DNA from: Trichomonas gallinae | Taxonomy: Eukaryota | Direction of reading: 5' to 3' | NCBI GenBank assembly: GCA_008369845.1 | Contig: MRSU01004726.1 | Location: 1-64,000, forward strand | DNA length: 64,000 nucleotides | Shown here: one piece after another, positions 46,700 through 60,263 of the stretch | Layout: every line of letters begins with the position of its first letter | Position numbering within the stretch: the first letter of the stretch is position 1 | The notes under the pieces: model-generated | Seen by the model: the letters and a program-made list of their open reading frames with translations, nothing else | Told to the model about the DNA's origin: nothing | Database searches by the model: none | Program-made: the position numbers and the translations under genes

Positions 46700-49600
46700 A
46701 TGCTTCCTATTTTACTCGTAATTGCGTGCTCAAACGGTTTTAGCTGGCATGCATCAAACGATAATGACAATTATTTATATAGTTTACGCTATAATAATCA
46801 GGAATTCTTCAAATCTCATATTGGATTCAATGTCGATGAAATAGATTTTGAAATTCCTGCAAACAAAAGAGACTTCTTTTGGGCTCATGGCATTAGTGTT
46901 ACACCAGAATTTTACGTTCCTGAAGATGAAGACTCAATTTATATGAAGATTCATGTAAAAAGTAACTACACAGGAAATCGTATTTTCAAATTATACACAT
47001 ACGGAAAGTTACAACTAGAGAATGATCCAAATGGTAACGTTTATGGATATGGTTTATCTGATTTCAACAAGTTTTGGAAAGGATTGTACGTTTCCGATAA
47101 GAATAGTTCTAAAAAGATTTCAATGGAACCAATTTATGACAACAATATATATCGTGGCCCAAGCAAGATTTATTATGATTCAAAGGGAATAGATCTATTT
47201 CCTTTCCAATCAAATTTTACGGCTATTAGATTTTATTACGATGACCAATCTTTAGATTTTCTTGATGAATTCATTTATTGCATTAAATTTTCTTCAGAAA
47301 CCCAAATTGATGAAACACTAATTACAGATGTTGTGTTGCCTTCTGGAATTCTGGAAAAAGGAATGATAACTATGAATGTTTCCATTAAAAATGTATATAA
47401 AGGACAAGAAATTAGAATTTTCAAAAGAAGCGACCAAAAAAGTGAATCAATCAAATTTCTAAAAATAAAAGAAGAAACAGAAGTTATTAATTTTTCAATA
47501 GACTATGATGCCAAAAATGAAGGAAAACATGATTTTCAACTTGTTTGTCTCACCAAGTCATTGACACATTCAGTTGCGATATATAATGTTGAGTTTTTCA
47601 TTGGTTATTATCCAAAAATAAGGCTTGTTTCTGAAATACCAGAATTATTTTATACAAATGACACCGTGAATTTAACTTTCGAAGTTGATTGTCAATATAG
47701 TGGAGCAGGATACATGTATATTTACTTAATTGATACATGGACAAAAGAAGAAATGTTCACATTTGACAATAATACCGGACCAGAAAATTATACCTTCAGT
47801 TTTACACCTTCATCTATTGAAAGATATAGAGTAAGAAATATGAATGAAACATTTAAAGTAAAATTTTATGTGGTTCGCTCAGAGTTGATTTCAGATAGTG
47901 TTATCATCCCTATAACATTCTTCACACCAAAACTTAGTCCTCCTCAAAAATTAATATTAACATCAGACTTAACAGGCGAAAGAATCGAATCTAATACAAG
48001 TTTCCATATTAAAATTAAATATAATATCATTCATCAAGATATTGGTGAAAATGTATCATTACATCTAAGAATTATGGATTATTATTATTTCCAATCGATA
48101 TTTGGAGATACAGTTATGAGCTTCATATCGGATGGAAATAATCATTCATATACATTTGAATACGAATATAATTTCAATAATTTTGAATCCCGCATGTTAG
48201 ATGTTACTGCATATGCAGAAGATTCAAATGGTACCATTTCCGAATTTGTTTATACATACTATTCAACACCTTATAGATCCATGCACCTCAATGTTTCAAA
48301 ATATGTTGATACAGGATCTGAGGTTCAAGTTGCATGCTATATAAATTACTTGCCACGAGATACTATTATGAACGTAACAATAATCAAAAATGAGGAGGAA
48401 ATTGTTGCCACTGGGCTTTATACAGTTAATGACCAATATAGAACTGACGACATTGTACTTACATTTCTAGCTTCAAATGTAGTAGAAATCACACATTACA
48501 AGATTATTGCTAATTCAGTGGATAGCAAGTATCAAGTTTACGATTATTTCTCTTTAATATCATCAAGACCTCCAACTATTCATAATATCAATTTATTGAA
48601 CCATGAAGTCGGACTGTTAGAAGATATAATTTTTGAAATCAACTATACAAGCAATTTTGATCTTGATCCATCAGTTTTATTCGATAATAGAGGCTATTTA
48701 GAATTTGGCGATAAATTATTAACAACAAATGGAGAATGGAAAGTAATCAATTTAACTATGCATACTAAAATGTCTGGTATATATGATGCAATAGGAATTA
48801 ATACATATGATGAAGAATACAATTCTTGGTTATTACTTCACTATGCAGGCTATATTCAATATGGAATTCATAATGTATCTATAAATTTCAGAACCGACTC
48901 ATATGATATATTTGGTCCATTTTCCTTTGATTTTGAACTAATTAAAAAAACAAACGCAGAATTGAACTTTTATCTTAGTGAGTCAATTTATCTTTATACT
49001 GAAACCGTGACTCTCAAATATCACTTAGTAGTAAGTTTTTATGTAAGTCCAATTAAGATATATTATTCAACTGGAGAATCAGATCCAATTTTAATCAACA
49101 CAATTGAATCCACAATATACGATGATATCACATACGTAGCTCCACTTCCTGAATTGAGTGATGAAAAACTATTAGCAATAAAAATATTTGCAAAAGATGA
49201 TAGAGGTATTGTTGCTGAGCATATTGTAACTACAGATGTTCTAGAATATGTCACATATTCACAAATTAACCTCGATCAATATCAATTTTCCGATTCAAAC
49301 CTCAGTTTATCATTTTGGATCCGCGGTGTTCGTCCAAGAAAGCAAATAACTATAATAGTTACAACTGGCGATGGCCGGTATTCATATACATTTTCAGACC
49401 CTACATATTTCGTGAATTCTACGAGAGAAAAAATTAATTTTGATATAAGTGTTCCAGTAGCTTCAGGACAGTGCTATGTTTATGTCAAAACAGGTGATGC
49501 AGAAAGAAACTATATATATAATAGTTATATTTATTCAATTGAGAGGAAAGATTATCGAATAGAGGTAAATTGGAAAGATTCGTATTACCTTGGAGAATTA

Positions 49601-52600
49601 CTTACAATTACTTTCAATAAAACAGGTTTACGTTACTATTTTGGTACAGAAGAATATCTCGATAAAGGAACAATACAATATTTAACAGCACCTTATAGAT
49701 TAAATGCATTTCACCCAGGAATGCACAACATCACATTTATTGTCTATGATAGAACATATTACAATTTCACACATGAAGCAATGATTCTTCCAAAGTTTAC
49801 TACACAGTATGCTGTGGAAAATTATCATAATACAAAATACAGATATTCTGAAACTGCCAAATTTAATATTCAAGTTCGTGATGGAAATATTGGAGGAAAT
49901 ATTACAATCAAAGCTATTGTTAATAATGAAGAAATCATAATTTATAAACAAGAATCAAATGGTAAATTAGTTAATTATCAATATGAATACGTATATCCAA
50001 AAGTAAGTAGAACAAATTACGTTAAGTTCTTTATTGAAACTGAAGTCGGAATATTTCAGACGAATAATTTTGAAGTTAATGTTAAGAGAAATTATTTTAT
50101 TGAAGCTAAAAAAGAGCAAAATATGTTTAAATCTGGTGACCGATTCAATATTTCTATAACAGGATATGATTTTAACCCTAGTTCTAAAGTTAATCTATCT
50201 ATATAAGTTTTGGATCTATACAACAATCTTATTAATAGTTTCATGTATCCAAATTATATTCAATTTGATGAAAATTTTACATCAAACTTGATAGTATCAA
50301 TTACAGTTCCTAAACATTATGGAACAAATTATGTTAAATTCACTATGTTCGATGATCTCGGTAATTCATGCGTTAAAGAATTAAGTTATTATCAAAACGA
50401 TCCACCTATTATATACAACGTCAGCACTCCCACAGGTATATTTGCACTTAATGGAGAACTGGAATTTCATTTCACTGCATTGGATGAAAATTACATTCAA
50501 ATTTATTATCTATTTGATTTCAATCAATGGTCTGATCCATGGGAAGATCTATGGCATAGTTATAATTCAATAAATTCTATTGATGAACTAAATGGTGAGT
50601 TGAAACAAACGACAGCTATTCTTTATTTTAGAAGATCTTTACAGCCAGGAAATCATACAATTTACTATTATTTTACAGATTCAAATGACCTTGAACCAGA
50701 TGGGGATAAGATAGTATATAATTATTCTTTTATTATTTACAATTCTCTTCGTCCAGAAATTGAATTATCACATTATTATTCTTCTACTAATCCTTATGAT
50801 AATATAACAGTAGACATTAGCTGTATCGATTATAATAATGGTCAATATATAACTTTATATTGCAAATATCGTGGAATGGGTGATGATTATTTAATCGCAA
50901 AATCATTTGTTACATCTGGCAAGTATTATGAAACAACACTCTCATTTCCTGCTTACCTTATTCCAGATAATGTTAATGAAATTATATTTTGGGCCAAAAA
51001 CGAATTTGATATAACATCGCCTTCACAAACAATGCAATTTCATATTGTTGATTACTCCACAGTTCAAATAGTTTCTACACAAAAAGACTGGTATAATCCT
51101 GGCGAGACAGTCAAAGTATCATTTATTGCCAAAGGATTTTCGCCAAACTCAACAATATTGATAAATTCAACATTGAGAAAAGTTAGAAATTCCGAAGACA
51201 CTCCAATTACTAGTGTTGCTGTTAAGATGAATATAGATTATATGTCTGATATTATTGATATTTCATTTACATTGCCACTGGAAAAGGGAAAATATATATT
51301 GTATCTCATATCAGATAGAGATACAGCAACTCAGTTCTTTACCATTTCTCGGCCACCTCAAATATTATATTGGGAACCAACACGTGAACGATACTTTATT
51401 AATGGAGTTATCAACTTTAATGCGGAAATTACGATGATAATGGATATGTAACTATCATTGCATATTTTGATGATTATTCACCATATAATTATCGTGTAGA
51501 TCTCAATCAAACCCATATTGTATCCCAACAAATCCCAATACCAAATTGGATTCCAATTGGAGATCATGAGATCACCATTGAACTACAGGATGATTTTGAT
51601 GTGTACTCAGAACCAATTACGAGAAAATTTTATTATGAAAACCAAAATGCACCAGTTCTGAATATTGTACCAAGCACTTATAGAAAATTTTTCAATTATT
51701 ATGAAACAATTTCTTTCAATGTAAGTGTGAGAGATCTTGATTCAGAGGATGATGTATATGTATATGTCAAAACAAATAATGAGCAACGTATTGAATTGAT
51801 AAATACATACTCAAATTCTGACTGGCATTCAACTATATACACATATAAGATTCCAAATATTACTGGAAGAACAGTTCTCGAGTTTTCAACCGAAGACTCT
51901 TCAGGAGCAGAAGGATTAAGTGAAAAATTCAATTTTGATATCACTAGATATCCACAGGTTGTCTTACTCTCAAGAATTGCAAGAAATTATTTACCAGGAG
52001 ATATTGTTACAATCAAAGGATTTATTGCTGATTTCATACCAGGAAATTATGCACAAGTTTTTTATAAAGTAGATGATGGAAGCTATGAAAATATGGAATA
52101 TATCGGAACGAATCAGTTATTAATGAACGATAACTATTCATCAGATATTTTTGAATTTAATATTACTCTTCCATCTGTGACTTTAAAATCTAATCTTTAT
52201 ATATGGGCAGTTAATCAATATCGAGAATCAACGTACGTTAATCAATACAGTTTTATTATCAATACTCCACCAAAGCTTGAATCTTGGTCTTCATTGAAAT
52301 CTGAAATTGCAATTGGTGAATCTTTTCCAGTCACATTCACAGCTACTGATGATTCCACATTCAGAATTTATGGTAGATTCGATAGTGAAAGTACAAACAA
52401 TTATCATATATACAGTAATAGTCTCAGTCTTGAAAATCCTCATCAAGAGAAAACAGTTTATTTTACACTTCCTTATTGGCTTACATACACAAATCATACT
52501 TTATCCATTTGGATTAAAGATATATATGAAAGTATGTCAGAAGTATTAACAAAGTCATTTACATATGTGAATTCTCATGCTCCTGAACTTGCGAAGGTCT

Positions 52601-55600
52601 CATCAATAGACCTAGATAGGAAATATCTATTTTCAGAAAAACTACAAGTTAAAGGAAAAGTTAGAGATATTGATCCACAGAATACAATTAATATTGAATA
52701 TTCATTCGACAATGGAGAATATCATATCATTGATACCCAAACATCTGATGGTAATTTCCATGACTTCATGTGTGAAATTCCTGTTCCAAAAACTGATGGT
52801 GAACACATTTTAAGACTTCGTGCTGTTGATCAATCTTCGGCAATTTCAAACATCGTGGAAAATTATTTTAATGTAAAACGCGCCAGATATATCAAATTCT
52901 TGAACAAATTCGAAACAGCATATGAAATGAATTCTGTAATCAATGTTTCAGTGCAGTTGTGTGATTTCACTCCACAAAAAGATATTACACTGAAGTACAC
53001 ATTTAACAATGAAGTTCATGATATTGGTATAGTTCATGTTGATGATAATTATATCGCAGATATTGCAAACTTTACTATCCAACTTCCAGACAAACTTGTT
53101 GATCTATATCTCGTGATCTCAGCTCAGGAAGATTCTTTTGCTATAATCCGTGACCAATATATAGTCATTAACACTGCACCAGAATTTTTCTTGTGGAATG
53201 AGATCAAACCTGTATATTATAGACCAGCAAATATTCATGTTGAAACCGGCTTCATTGATAACAAAGGTGTTAAGATTTATTACCAGATTAATGATGAATT
53301 ACCTGAAAACGTAAATTATTATTTTATCAGAACAAATGGAAAACTTGTCAATACTTCATTCAATATCAATATTGACAGAAGTTATGATTTCGCATTCGAT
53401 CTTAAGTTATATGTGCAAGATGCAAGCGGTTGGAAATCAAATATAATTACAAAAAAGGTTTCATACAATACTTCATATTCAACCCCAGAACTGTTACTAA
53501 TTGATGAAAGACAGTTTTATGGTCTTTCAGAGTCTTTCGAATGCACAGCACTGGTTACAGATAGACATGCAGGAAATAATGTGAGTATTCTATACCGTAT
53601 CAATGATGATGGTGAATTCAGAGAAATTGACTCATTCGATTCTCAAGGAGTTGAGGTTTCACGCAAATTGGTTATTCCAATTCCACATGTTGAAGGAATT
53701 TATATAATGTATATTTACGTTATCAATAGTGATGAAATTGAGTCTCAAGTTTATTCCATTCAATACAAAGTTTCTCGTACATACAATATTTCCTTCACGA
53801 AGAAACCAGAAACTTATTATCTAGCTGGCAGCCAAATCAACATTTCGGGTTATGCATCAGATTTTGATCCTGGAACAGCTGTTGATGTATATTATCAGCT
53901 TGATTCAAATCCACTTCAATCTGTTGGCCAAGTTATATCACAAGAAAACTATCTCAGCAATCAATTTAGCATTTTGTTGAATAATTATGATGATTCAAAA
54001 GTTCACAATCTAAAAATTTATCTACAAATCGGTTCAAAACAATATTATAACTATAACTGGCGTTTCATTATCAATTATCCTCCATCATTAAATATCACAC
54101 GAAATGAGCGCAATATATACTACATTAATGACCATTTTGATATTGATATATATCTTAAAGATAACACAATATGTAAGCTTTATTATGTGTTCAACGATGC
54201 AAAACCAAAAGAATATTTCATTGATTACAGGGCCTATGGCAATATTATGCATTATAAGAGACAAATAACAGTACCAAAATTGAAGCGAGGATCAAACACA
54301 CTCAACATTTATGCTATCGATGAATTTGAAACTCGTTCAGAGACAATTTCAATTCCATTCACATTTGATGATACAAAATTTGCTCCGCAAATAATATATT
54401 CATTTGATGAATCAAAGCAACATTTTGCATATCATGAAACAATCGATATTTCCGGAAAGATTCTCGGAATATATGGAAGCAATGTTTCATTCTATTATAA
54501 ATTCAACGATACAGAATACGAAAGATTGGATTCAATCATTGCTACAAATGAGTGGCAAAACTTTAATGTCAATATTAAAGTTCCTCGTAGAAACAATATC
54601 TTTATTTTGACCTTCGAAGCAAGAAATGAATTAGGAGGAACCACTGAGTTCATTACACACATTTTCAAAGTTGAAAAAAAGCCTGGCATCTACCTTGATC
54701 CATCAATGCCAAAGGCATTCAAGCGTGGTGATAGTGTTACAGTGAAGGGGTATATAGGAGATTATGATCAAGGAGAAGAGTTTTCAATTTATTATTCATT
54801 AACCCATGAATCAAACATCCGGAAACTACTTGATGAATCAAAGATATTTGTTGCGAAATTAACCACAAATGAAAACATGCGCACTGATCCATTCTCTTTC
54901 AGCTTAACAATACCTGAAGTTGAAACAAAACAAAAGTTTGATATTTGGGCTGAGCAGTCAGGTCGTAAAGTTATTGAAATAAATAATGCAGCAAATATTC
55001 TCAACATTGAGCCAGAGCTCTTGATTCTTAATACAATACAAACAAAATTTTACAACAAAGGTTTCATAGATCTTGACATCAGACTTAAAGATGACCAAAC
55101 AGCTGCAGTATTCTATTACATTGATGATTTTCCAACTGTACAACTGACAAATTGGACAGAATGTAACGGAAGTTATGAATACTTGTATCACAAACAAATT
55201 GAAATAATTAATAACACGCTGGAATTTAATAAGATACACACACTTAATCTTTATGCTAAGGATACAGAAGGAGGAACATCGCCGCTCATCAAATATCAAT
55301 TTTGGATCGAAGATGGAAATCCACCAATTAAAGAAATCTTAAACGAAACAAGACAAATCAACATTTTTGGTAATGATATAATTACAGTTTGGGGTAGAGT
55401 CATGGATAAAGATGTTGGTGACACAGTTAAAGTCGTTTACTCTATTAATAATGGGCCAGAAACTGTCATATTCAATGAGAAAGCTACAGGTGACTGGCAA
55501 TACTTCAATTACAATTTCACTATTCCAACAGGATCAGGAGTTATGATGTATTCATTTCAAGCCATAGATCAGTATGCAGCAAAGTCTCGGTATTCTGATT

Positions 55601-57435
55601 ATTATATAAAATCTGACGCTATATATAATGCAAAACCAATTCCATTTAAAAAGCCATCATCACCAAGTGAGAGTGGTGGCTATTCTGGCGAAATATATAC
55701 CCCCAATTCATACTGTGGATACAACGAAATATGTTCAATGGATTTAATAAAATCTGATCTAAAAATAACAGATATCGTAAAACAAAGTGGTGCCGTAGGA
55801 CCTCAAGGAATGGTGTGGCCCGAAAATACAAGACTAGTTGTTAGATATGTTGAAAATGTTGGAACAAAATTTAAGATGGAATATAAGACAATAGAAAATA
55901 CAATGACGATGGAAAAATTTATTAAAACATATGCAAAAGATTCTGTTGGTGGACATCTTGAAATTCTGATTCAAGATAATGAAACTAATTCAACACTTAG
56001 AACAATTATGCAACCACTTGTATTTTATCCACCACCTCATTTTCAGATAATGGAAGATTTATTGAACTCATACTACGGAAATGCATACATCAACTTAGAT
56101 TTGCTGATTACTGCTCGTTCGAATGGACAAGTAAGATACAGAATTGATGATGGAGATGTTAAAAACAGTACAGAAATGATGCTAATAAATGGTAAATATA
56201 GATCTCGCAGCCAAGTTGAAATCCTCAAAGATAGCATTGCGTACACGAGACATAATATTGAATTCTGGGTTGTTGATGAGATCGGAAGAGAATCAAATCA
56301 TTCAACACATGAATTCCTTTATTACAATTTCGACACGCCAACACTTGATATCCATGAAGATGAAACAGAAGATGATGTCTACAATGAAGGCGAGAATGTT
56401 ACAATCAAAGGTACAATTAAAGATGATGATGAAGATAAAAATCTCACAGTATGGGTCAGCGTTGATGAAGAACCATTTATTGATGCTTATAGATGTCATG
56501 CAGAAGATCGCCCATATTGTGAAAACTTCGAATATTCATTCCCTGCATCAGGCAAAAATGGTACTCATAAAGTAACAGTTCAAGTTAGAGATGACAAAAA
56601 TGCTTCATCAAAGAATTATGAGAAACCATTCATTTTCATCAACAACACAGATAACAATCCAACCGATCCAATTAATCCAAATGATCCTGGAAGTGGGTCT
56701 GACTCAGGAAGTGGTGAGTCTGGTTCAGGAAGTGGAGGGTCTGGCTCAGGAAGTGGTGAGTCTGGCTCAGGAAGTGGAGGGTCTGGCTCAGGAAGTGGAG
56801 GGTCTGGCTCAGGAAGTGGAGGGTCTGGCTCAGGAAGTGGAGGGTCTGGCGCAGGCGGTGATGGATCACATGCAAATATTCCTCCAGCAAGGACTCCATT
56901 AACACCAATTCCAACAAGGCTTCCTTATGATTTCACTGGAAAGACTTCAGCAATAATGATTCCTACATATTCATTGATTAAAACAAACAATTCGAATGGA
57001 GAAGAAGTTTTCGTCTATGTAGAAGTCATGACAGAATATAACATTTCGATTCCTACAACATCTGAAAAAGTCGAGATAGGATTCTTCGACACAGTATTCG
57101 GAAAATACGTCTTATGGCCACTACTTGTTTTCGTTGTCCTCGTTATTGTTGGTGTTGTCATTCTTGTCATCTTGCTTAAGAGGCAGGATGAAAAAGAAGA
57201 AGAAGTAAGTGTTGATAATCTTGCATTCGAAGAAACTGTTCAGATTGGAACAACTACTGATGGCACAATCACTAACAATAATCCTCTGTACACGACAACA
57301 GGTGGCGAAGATGATCCATTCCATGATGACTTTGAAGAACAAGATAACTATCATCAAGATTCGATCGAAAATGACAATGAAGAAATTGTTGATTCAGAAT
57401 CAGAATCTGAACAATCCAATGATGCAATGATTTAA
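46700..57435 (+). pseudogene. Giant Bap-like surface protein gene (~3,580 codons, Ig-like repeats, TM, NPxY tail) with an in-frame TAA (50204-50206) and a 1-nt frameshift near 51430
   Basis: Signal peptide MLPILLVIACS and ~100-aa beta-sandwich repeats. NLSI*VLDLYN stays in frame, and NAEI/YDDNGYVT changes frame into ORF 51601..57435. This is followed by a GS stalk, a TM at ~57106-57177 and a NPLY...DDPF..DFEE tail. Confidence 0.85.
56707..56853 (+). repeat. Coding minisatellite: 7 x 21 bp GGAAGTGG(A/T)G(G/A)GTCTGGCTCA (GSGGSGS / GSGESGS)
   Basis: Seven consecutive units starting at 56707, with a shorter related unit at 56689. Confidence 0.95.
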
Positions 57436-58301
57436 TTTAAATGCATAATTTTTTTATATTCAATTTAATACAAACCACACCTATAGCATTGCTGTCCATT
57501 AGTAATAAAATTTGATAGTTTCAAAATCAGATCACGATGATAAGTTTCATCTAGATAGCTAAAATAATGTGTTTATTTTTGAGTTTAAATAGCATTAACA
57601 TGCCGAACGTATTGAAAATATTGTTTATCGAATCGATTTCGTTGAATTGCAATGAACTATTTTTCCGAGTATTTAGAATGATATTTGTAGTAACAATATG
57701 CTACAGTAACTATTTCCGGTTGATAACTTGTAGATATGAAGATATATTTTTTTGATATTGAAAATTCTAATAACGATGGAAAGTGATCAAAAAATATTAA
57801 GATGTATATCATATTGAGTAAATAATTAACATGTATGATGAGTAAATTACTATGTTATTAAATTCATTCAATAAAACTAGTCAATGTTCCTCATATTTAA
57901 AGAAATGTAAAATATTTCCACCATATATTTCTAATTCAGAGTTAAATATAGTTAAAATAGATGTTATAGAATCAAGAATTTATTTTTTACAAAATTACTT
58001 TTACACGCAGAATAACAATGCTATTGATGGATTATTTATGATTCCAAACATGATAATTCTGTCAACAAATAGATAAAAATAGAAAATATAATTATATCTT
58101 CATTATTTTGGTAAATAAATATGATGGTTATAATCACATGATGGATATAAATATAAATGTTAACTAGATAAGGCTCATTTGAAAAATAATAAAAAATATC
58201 TGAAGTGTCAAATGGAAAATAATTCGAATTGGGGAGTGGAAATAAACTCATATGCTTGATATCATTTGTACAGATTCGATTATTTACAAAAAAGACAAAA
58301 A

Positions 58302-59273
58302 TTAAGATTTGAGTAAATCGCGAAAAGATGCTTGCTTCTGATTATTGGCTCTAATTTTAGCCTTGATCCTCTGTATTAATTCTTTTCGCTCCAATTCCTG
58401 GCGGGCAAGCAAAGAATCGTATTCGGATTTCTGCTTTGCTTGTAATTGCTGGATAGCAGATGGTTCTGGGTCTGCTGGCGGTGGCTCGTAATTCTCTGAT
58501 ATAAGGGCTGTCTCAAACAGCTGCTGTGTTGAAGGTCTTAAATCAACAGGTAAAAGGCAGCAAGTAATAAAGTCAGCAACTGAGGGATCTGATACCTGGC
58601 CAACAGCTGCTGGCGACTCACCGCGTAAAATTGCATCGCGTGGAGCTGATTTATCTGCATAAGGTTGTTCACCTGTTGCCATTTCTATAACGCAAAGTCC
58701 CAAAGCCCAAACATCTGACCTAGGCTCGGCGACGCCTCTTTGAACCTCCAATGAAGCGTATGGAGAAATCCAATTAAATAATACAGCTTCGAACGAAGGA
58801 ATTCCGATTTTTATAATGCCAGTATTTACATCAATGTATATGTTGTTGCATGTTAAATCGTTATGGATGATTGGGGGAACAGCATTGTGTAATGCAGATA
58901 ATCCGTTCAGGATCTGAATGCACCATTTCGAAATAACTGACATTGCCGGGCGCTGCGCGAGTTCGGTGAGATAAATTCTGAGTGTTTTGCGTGAAAAGAC
59001 TTCGGTGACGTAAACAAGTGTTTTCCTTGCAGAATCAAGCCATGCCCTGCTAATTTGAAGAATATTCGGATGTTTAATTTGCGAGAATGATGTCATGAAA
59101 ACTTTAAGGTTTTGAAGAGTTTCCGGAGGCATATTTTCAAGCGAAATTTCGTACCAGTCGGCTGGACTGCTTTCTTCTTGGTCAAGGCACTTATAAATTG
59201 TTGTTCTATTTATTTTCTGTCTGACTTCACACCTCAAATAGCGATTGGAAGGATCAACTATCGATTCACTCAT
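58302..59273 (-). CDS. WNK/NRBP-like kinase-fold protein, probably a pseudokinase, ~323 aa
   Basis: DPSNRY, HPNIL, YVTE, WCIQILNGL..LH..PPIIHNDLTCNNIYI...GIIKIGIP, DVWALGLCVIEMATGEQPY. First ATG is at 59273. Confidence 0.85.
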   Translation of the reverse strand: MSESIVDPSNRYLRCEVRQKINRTTIYKCLDQEESSPADWYEISLENMPPETLQNLKVFMTSFSQIKHPNILQISRAWLDSARKTLVYVTEVFSRKTLRIYLTELAQRPAMSVISKWCIQILNGLSALHNAVPPIIHNDLTCNNIYIDVNTGIIKIGIPSFEAVLFNWISPYASLEVQRGVAEPRSDVWALGLCVIEMATGEQPYADKSAPRDAILRGESPAAVGQVSDPSVADFITCCLLPVDLRPSTQQLFETALISENYEPPPADPEPSAIQQLQAKQKSEYDSLLARQELERKELIQRIKAKIRANNQKQASFRDLLKS

Positions 59274-59429
59274 TTGAAGGGAACTGTCACATTTCGAAGG
59301 CCGTGAACAGTTTACAAAGAAAAGTGACAATAATAAATCTTTTCTCCACTTACTGGCATGATTTGGAATCTTCCACAAAGCTTATATTGAAATTTTGGGG
59401 AAATTTTAAAATTTTTGCAATTTTTCGAC

Positions 59430-59760
59430 AAAAAATTTTGTTTTTGCTCCGGTCACTACTTGTCATTCTTTTAGTTCGACATTACTCAATATAACTTTCT
59501 GAAGACAAGTACCATCAGACTTGTGTATTTTAATTACCAAAATAATTAGATTATGCTCCAGTCACAGCTTGTCTATCTCTTAGTTTTACCTTTCTCAATT
59601 TAACTTTCTGAAGATAAGCATCATTAGGCTTGTTTATTTTCAAGATTCAAAATATTTTGTTTTAGCTCCGGGCACTAGTTTTTCATTCTCTTAGTTTGAC
59701 GTTTTTAAATATAATTTGTTGAAGACAAGCTGCATGAGACTTTGTTTATTTTCGAAATAA
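59430..59760. repeat. Diverged tandem repeat, 3 copies, period ~110 bp
   Basis: GCTCC at 59446, 59555 and 59665, each followed by TTAGTT...TGAAGAYAAG...TTGTKTATTTT. Confidence 0.88.
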
Positions 59761-60263
59761 TTCAATTTCATCTGATTTTGTTTCTAAATCGATATTTTTG
59801 CTTTTTATAATGCATCTATTCTAATGGAATTAGAAAAATTCTTTGTCGGAAAAAATTTTATCATTATCGAAAAAAATTCTTTATTTTCCATATATACTTT
59901 TCGCACATGTTATATTTCTAGGGATAAAAATTTCAATAAAATGACAAATAAAATCATTCACAAAAATTTCGTAGTTTAAACAGTATCGGCTGTGAGCAAT
60001 GCATATTCTGTGGCATAAGCAATTATATATTATAACAATTTGGATTTATACACGTGGAGAAAAATAAAAATAGCGAATATCAAAGAAAAAAATTAAATTC
60101 AAGGAAAAGCAAATGTAAGAATTGATTTAAATTGGCAAATAGCATTGGATTTCTATTGTAGGGACTTTAATGCATCGATATTCCAAACAAAAATAAATAT
60201 TTACAAATAAACAAAAAGAGAAAGAAAAGAGATAGTATGTATGCGTCGTAATTAATATATGAA

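Noticed and set aside
42158..50206. Variant genetic code with TAA as a sense codon
   Set aside because: TAA is the normal terminator of most intact genes here, and internal TAAs are far too rare for a reassignment.
42100..51450. Short introns removing the internal stops or the frameshift
   Set aside because: I found no GT...CTAAC...AG signature spanning 42158, 50204 or 51430.
56591..56917. Repetitive alternative-frame ORFs (LAQEVEG)n and (HFLSQTL)n
   Set aside because: These are shadow frames of the 21-bp GS minisatellite.
59430..59760. CRISPR-like array
   Set aside because: The context is eukaryotic, whole units are homologous with no unique spacers, and there are no cas genes.
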